Shown here: positions 59,914-64,000 of the stretch, in pieces | Layout of the letters: the number at the start of each line of letters is the position of its first letter | How positions within the stretch are numbered: the stretch's first letter is position 1 | Source of the DNA: an uncultured Fidelibacterota bacterium | GTDB lineage: Bacteria; Fidelibacterota; Marinisomatia; Marinisomatales; Marinisomataceae | Assembly: GCA_902525615.1 (NCBI GenBank) | Contig: CABZHT010000002.1 | Span: 10,519-74,518 of the forward strand | Reading direction: 5' to 3' | DNA: 64,000 bases | Notes under the pieces: generated by a model | The model's input: only the letters and a program-made list of their open reading frames with translations | Databases searched by the model: none | What the model was told of the DNA's origin: nothing | Translations under genes and position numbers: made by a program

Positions 59914-61855
59914 TTATATAATCCTCAATTAGAGAGGTGATTTTTTCTTTAACGAATCCTAAATGTTTTGCTACATCTTTTCCAGGAGCAGATGCACCAA
60001 ATTCATTGATACCAATATTTAGACCATCAATACCCGTAAATTTTTGCCATCCATTAGTTATACCTGCTTCTAAAGATATTCTTTTTCTGCAATTGCTACT
60101 CATTATAGAAGAGACGTATTGTTTATCTTGTTTTTCAAATAGTTCCCAGCATGGCAAATTAATTATTTGAATTTTTTTATTGATTCCGCTGCATATTTCA
60201 ACTGCTAAATGGGCTTCAGATCCAGAAGCAAATAGAATTGCATCTGGATTATCTTCTTCATGTAAAATATATGCTCCTTTATTTACACCTTCTTCAATTT
60301 TATCTTCACTAATATTGAGTTTTGGTAATTTTTGTCTAGTAAGCAGAATTGCACTAGGATTTTTTTGATTTTTCATAATTGTTTTAAAACAATAAAAAGT
60401 TTCTAACGCATCTGCAGGTCTAAATACAAGAAGGTTAGGAATATTTCTTAGAGACATTGTATGTTCAACTGGCTGATGGGTAGGACCATCTTCTCCAACA
60501 AAAATTGAATCATGAGTAAATTCATACATTACATGAAGTTTTTGAATTGCAGATAATCTAATTGCTGATCTTACATAATCACTAAAAACCAAAAATGTAC
60601 CACCGAATGGAAAGTGATTTCCATAAAGAGCAATTCCATTCATAATAGCCCCCATAGGAAATTCTCTAACTCCAAATGCTATATTCCTTCCTTTTGGATT
60701 GGATGATGAAAAATCATCATATGAGCTAGCAAAGTTAGTTGTACAGTTTGATCCGTCTAAATCAGCTGAACCCCCGATAATATGCGGAAATTTTTTGGCA
60801 AATTCATCTAAAGATAATCCAAATGCTTGCCTTGTTGCCATTGGATTGTCTCCAAAATCTGGAACTGACAATGATTCGAACATTTGACTTAAATTTTGAT
60901 TATCTTTTTCAAATTCATTATCAATTAAAGCTATTTTGTCATTTAAAGAATCAAAATTTTTTTGAAAATGACCAATAATATCTTCATTGCAGAAAAATGA
61001 ATCCTGAGGAATTTCAAGTTTCTCTTTTGTGAGCTTAATTTCATCTTCACTGAATGGAGAACCATGAGATTTAGGGCTATGTTCTAAGCTATGACTTCCT
61101 TTTGCAATAATAGTTTTTCCAATTATTATGCTTGGCTTATCACTCGACTGCGCATTCTTTAAAGATAATCTTATTTCATCGTGATTATGACCATCAATTT
61201 CTTGAACATGCCATCCCATGGCATCATAAAGTTTGGCATAATCTGTTGAATCAACTCTAGAAGTATTTCCTGCAATCTGAATATCATTTTTATCATAAAA
61301 CATGACGAGATTTGATAATTTCCAATGACCTGCAAGAGTGCTAGCTCCAAGAGCTATTGGTTCTTGTAAGTCGCCATCACCTACTAATATGTATGTAAAT
61401 CTTTTCAATGGTGAATTAGATGAAGCTTTTTCTGCTAGTGCCATTCCAATTCCCATTCCTACTCCTTGTCCAAGTGGACCAGTATTTGCATCAACACCTG
61501 GAGTCTCTATTTCTGGATGACCTGGAGTTAAGCTCCCTAATTTTCTAAAATTTTTCAGATCATCCATTTTTAAATAGCCACATAAATACAATATAGAATA
61601 AATGAGCATGCATGTATGACCGACTGATAATACCACTCGATCTCTATTTTTCCAATCAGGATTTTTAGGATCAATTGTTAGAAATTCAGAATACAAAATG
61701 TAGGTAAAGTCTGCTAAAGACATTGGACCACCTGGATGTCCTGAATTAGCATTTCGGACTCCATCCATTACTAGTCCTTTGATAATATTTACTGTATGTA
61801 AATCTTTTTGTTTATCATTTAATTTATTGAAATCTGTAATAGGATTATTGCTCAT
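59906..61855 (-). CDS. tkt: Transketolase
   Basis: SGHPG, TPGHPE, GPLGQG, GDGDLQE, FGVRE and GEDGPTHQP. Confidence 0.96.
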   Translation of the reverse strand: MSNNPITDFNKLNDKQKDLHTVNIIKGLVMDGVRNANSGHPGGPMSLADFTYILYSEFLTIDPKNPDWKNRDRVVLSVGHTCMLIYSILYLCGYLKMDDLKNFRKLGSLTPGHPEIETPGVDANTGPLGQGVGMGIGMALAEKASSNSPLKRFTYILVGDGDLQEPIALGASTLAGHWKLSNLVMFYDKNDIQIAGNTSRVDSTDYAKLYDAMGWHVQEIDGHNHDEIRLSLKNAQSSDKPSIIIGKTIIAKGSHSLEHSPKSHGSPFSEDEIKLTKEKLEIPQDSFFCNEDIIGHFQKNFDSLNDKIALIDNEFEKDNQNLSQMFESLSVPDFGDNPMATRQAFGLSLDEFAKKFPHIIGGSADLDGSNCTTNFASSYDDFSSSNPKGRNIAFGVREFPMGAIMNGIALYGNHFPFGGTFLVFSDYVRSAIRLSAIQKLHVMYEFTHDSIFVGEDGPTHQPVEHTMSLRNIPNLLVFRPADALETFYCFKTIMKNQKNPSAILLTRQKLPKLNISEDKIEEGVNKGAYILHEEDNPDAILFASGSEAHLAVEICSGINKKIQIINLPCWELFEKQDKQYVSSIMSSNCRKRISLEAGITNGWQKFTGIDGLNIGINEFGASAPGKDVAKHLGFVKEKITSLIEDYINE

Positions 61856-62535
61856 TTTGAGTACATTGTATTGACAGTTTCTATAGGATTTTCAGATTGA
61901 AATACTTGTGATCCTGCAACAAGAATATCACCTCCAGCTGCTATTACATCTTTATAATTTTCAAGTTTAATACCTCCATCAACCTGAATCATAATTTTAT
62001 CTCTAATTTTTTGTTCAATAAGATATTCATTCATTTCAGAGATTTTTTGAATTGTTGAAGGAATAAAGCTTTGTCCGCCAAACCCAGGCTCAACTGACAT
62101 AACAACTACATAATCAATAAATTCTATATATTTTTTTAAAATTGAAAATGGCGTTTTAGGCTTTATAGCAATCCCACATTTCAAACCATTTTTTTTAATC
62201 ATATTGATTAAGATTTTTGGTGGAAAAGTAAAGCGTGATTCGGTTGCTTCAATATGAAAGGAAATTCCATTTGCTCCTGCATCTATGAACGGTAGAAGCA
62301 TATCAAAAGGATTGCTTACCATCAAATGTACATCAAAAAATAGTTTAGAATGTTGCCTTAATGATTTTACAAGTCCTGGACCAAAAGAAAGGTTTGGAAC
62401 AAACTGTTGATCCATAATATCTAAATGAAGCCACTCTGCTTTGGAATCATTACAAAATTTAATTTCTTTTTGGAGATTTGAAAAATCTGCACCCAGCAAT
62501 GATGGAGCAATTATCGGATTTTTTGCATTAGACAT
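61852..62535 (-). CDS. rpe: Ribulose-phosphate 3-epimerase
   Basis: APSLL, HLDIMD, DVHLM, MSVEPGFGGQ and VDGG. Confidence 0.96.
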   Translation of the reverse strand: MSNAKNPIIAPSLLGADFSNLQKEIKFCNDSKAEWLHLDIMDQQFVPNLSFGPGLVKSLRQHSKLFFDVHLMVSNPFDMLLPFIDAGANGISFHIEATESRFTFPPKILINMIKKNGLKCGIAIKPKTPFSILKKYIEFIDYVVVMSVEPGFGGQSFIPSTIQKISEMNEYLIEQKIRDKIMIQVDGGIKLENYKDVIAAGGDILVAGSQVFQSENPIETVNTMYSK

Positions 62536-62580
62536 GTCGTTAAAGGTACATAAAAAAATTTTTTAATAGCAAAGGAATTG

Positions 62581-62627
62581 TTGATATATACCAATGTTTT
62601 TTATATCTTAGACCGGCTAGTCGGTTT
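62581..62627 (+). promoter_or_regulatory. Promoter and probable TetR auto-operator
   Basis: TTGATA (62581)-17 bp-TATCTT (62604), followed by the GC-rich imperfect palindrome AGACCGGCTAGTCGGTTT abutting the ATG. Confidence 0.7.
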
Positions 62628-63245
62628 ATGGATAAAAATTCTCAAAACGATAAAAGAAGTAATATTTTAATGGCTGCTGTAAAAGTTTTGACTTCAAAAG
62701 GTTATTACAGTAGTACAATGGATGATATTGTAGATCAGTCAAAGATGAGCAAAGGAGCAATATATCATTATTTTTCTAGCAAAAAAGATGTCTATTTAGC
62801 TGTAATTGATATGTGGGAATCTCAAACCCAGCAATTATTAGCTCCTGCAGCCAAAGAAGAATCAAGCGCAAAAGCAATCAAAAAGCTTTTTAAATTGCTT
62901 GCAAAACAGTTAAAAATTGATGGAAGCTTCTTTAATTGCTTACCAACATTGTGGGCAATTGCTAGACATGATGAAGATTTTAAAAAAAAAATGCAAAAAG
63001 TCTATAACCGCTTTCAAAAATTAGTAGAATTAATTATTTTAGAGGGTATTAAAAATAAGGAGTTTTCAAATTTAAGACCTGAAAACTCTAAGACTTCTGC
63101 ACTATCTTTAATACTTAATTTTGAGGGGATATTCTGGTTTAATATTTTTAATTCAAAATATGTCGATGCCGAAAAATATATTGATGAAGTGTCAAGTTAT
63201 ATTCTTAATGCGTATACATTGAAAAAAGGAGAGAAAAATGCTTAA
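62628..63245 (+). CDS. TetR/AcrR family transcriptional regulator
   Basis: KGYYSSTMDDIV...SKGAIYHYFSSK HTH. Confidence 0.92.
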   Translation: MDKNSQNDKRSNILMAAVKVLTSKGYYSSTMDDIVDQSKMSKGAIYHYFSSKKDVYLAVIDMWESQTQQLLAPAAKEESSAKAIKKLFKLLAKQLKIDGSFFNCLPTLWAIARHDEDFKKKMQKVYNRFQKLVELIILEGIKNKEFSNLRPENSKTSALSLILNFEGIFWFNIFNSKYVDAEKYIDEVSSYILNAYTLKKGEKNA

Positions 63246-64000
63246 TAAGCACGAAAACGTAGAAAAAGGAAAACCACAAAGTAATTCAAAAAAGAATGGA
63301 GTTGTAAAAAATGGCAATGGCGTTAATGGCCATGCATTAATGGATTTTAGTAAAATAAAAACTGGTGGTAAGTTTTTAACTAATATTGTCGGATCAGAAA
63401 AAGTTTTTTGTAAAGAATTATTTTCTGAAGAGGAAAAGATGATATATGAAGCAATGAAAGATTTTGCTACAAATGAATTGCTGCCTTTATCTCAGAATGA
63501 ACTTAATAATAAAGATGAAAAATTAATTAGAAAGCTTGTTGAGCAAATGGGAGAATTAGGGTTTTTAGGAATTGATGTTCCAGAAAAGTATGGAGGATCA
63601 GAAATGACTAAAACTGGAATGTGTATTTTAGCTGAAGGTATTTCATTTTGTGGGAGCCCATCATTTTGTACAGTTTGGAATGTCCAAACATCAATTGGTT
63701 CATTAGGAATTATTTGGTATGGTAATGATGAACAAAAGAAAAAATGGCTCCCAGGAATATGTTCTGGTGAAAAAATTGCCGCATTTGGTTTGACAGAACC
63801 TGAAGCAGGATCAGATGCTACAAACTCAAAGACAACTGGTGTCTTGTCAGATGATGGAAAACATTATATTGTAAATGGGCAAAAAATCTTCATTTCAAAT
63901 GGTGCATGGGCAGATACTTTCATCGTTGCACTTAAAATAGATGGAAAATTTTCTTCAATTGTTGTTGAGAAAGGAACTCCAGGATTTGACATTGGAAAAG
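63238..64000 (+). CDS. Acyl-CoA dehydrogenase, 3'-truncated by window edge
   Basis: Read directly from sequence (absent from ORF track): AGGAG RBS, GGKFL, MGELGFLGIDVPEKYGG, AFGLTEPEAGSD and NGQK..ISNG. Confidence 0.9.
   Translation, partial: MLNKHENVEKGKPQSNSKKNGVVKNGNGVNGHALMDFSKIKTGGKFLTNIVGSEKVFCKELFSEEEKMIYEAMKDFATNELLPLSQNELNNKDEKLIRKLVEQMGELGFLGIDVPEKYGGSEMTKTGMCILAEGISFCGSPSFCTVWNVQTSIGSLGIIWYGNDEQKKKWLPGICSGEKIAAFGLTEPEAGSDATNSKTTGVLSDDGKHYIVNGQKIFISNGAWADTFIVALKIDGKFSSIVVEKGTPGFDIGK

Noticed and set aside
2414-61520. Many 60-145 aa ORFs nested antisense or out-of-frame within confident genes (e.g. 3122-3523, 7645-7917, 14805-15128, 18433-18804, 47906-48340)
   Set aside because: Contained in well-supported CDSs, with no motifs or RBS support.
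35937-62535. Calvin cycle inferred from glpX, fba, tkt, rpe and rpiB
   Set aside because: No RuBisCO or phosphoribulokinase in the window; gluconeogenesis and the pentose phosphate pathway explain these genes.

Overview
This is a gene-dense, very AT-rich (roughly 30% GC by eye) bacterial chromosomal segment using the standard genetic code, with short intergenic gaps typical of a streamlined genome. Gene content (TonB receptor, lipoproteins, ACIII-caa3, NiSOD) suggests a marine diderm heterotroph, plausibly Marinisomatota/SAR406 or FCB-related; this is inference only. Main blocks: a surface lipoprotein/esterase cluster; arcC, ubiE/menG and acs; a giant duplicated CPBP protease operon; a Rieske / putative cytochrome b / YceI module; a PlcP-like phosphoesterase, ppk2 and glycosyltransferase/Tag-like envelope cluster; queCEDF; an H1-like protein, sulfotransferase and NiSOD; tRNA-Lys(CTT); glpX-fba; thiN with a TonB receptor; sodB and tpx; a 14.6-kb alternative complex III plus caa3 (A2-type) oxidase operon; rpe-tkt-rpiB; and TetR followed by a truncated acyl-CoA dehydrogenase. 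No mobile element, CRISPR array or rRNA was seen. The most interesting leads are (1) an unannotated four-His, four-helix cytochrome-b561-like protein paired with YceI and a Tat-exported Rieske lipoprotein, (2) a candidate phosphate-starvation lipid-remodelling regulon with a shared 11-bp-period upstream motif, and (3) three micro-proteins missed by the ORF track.
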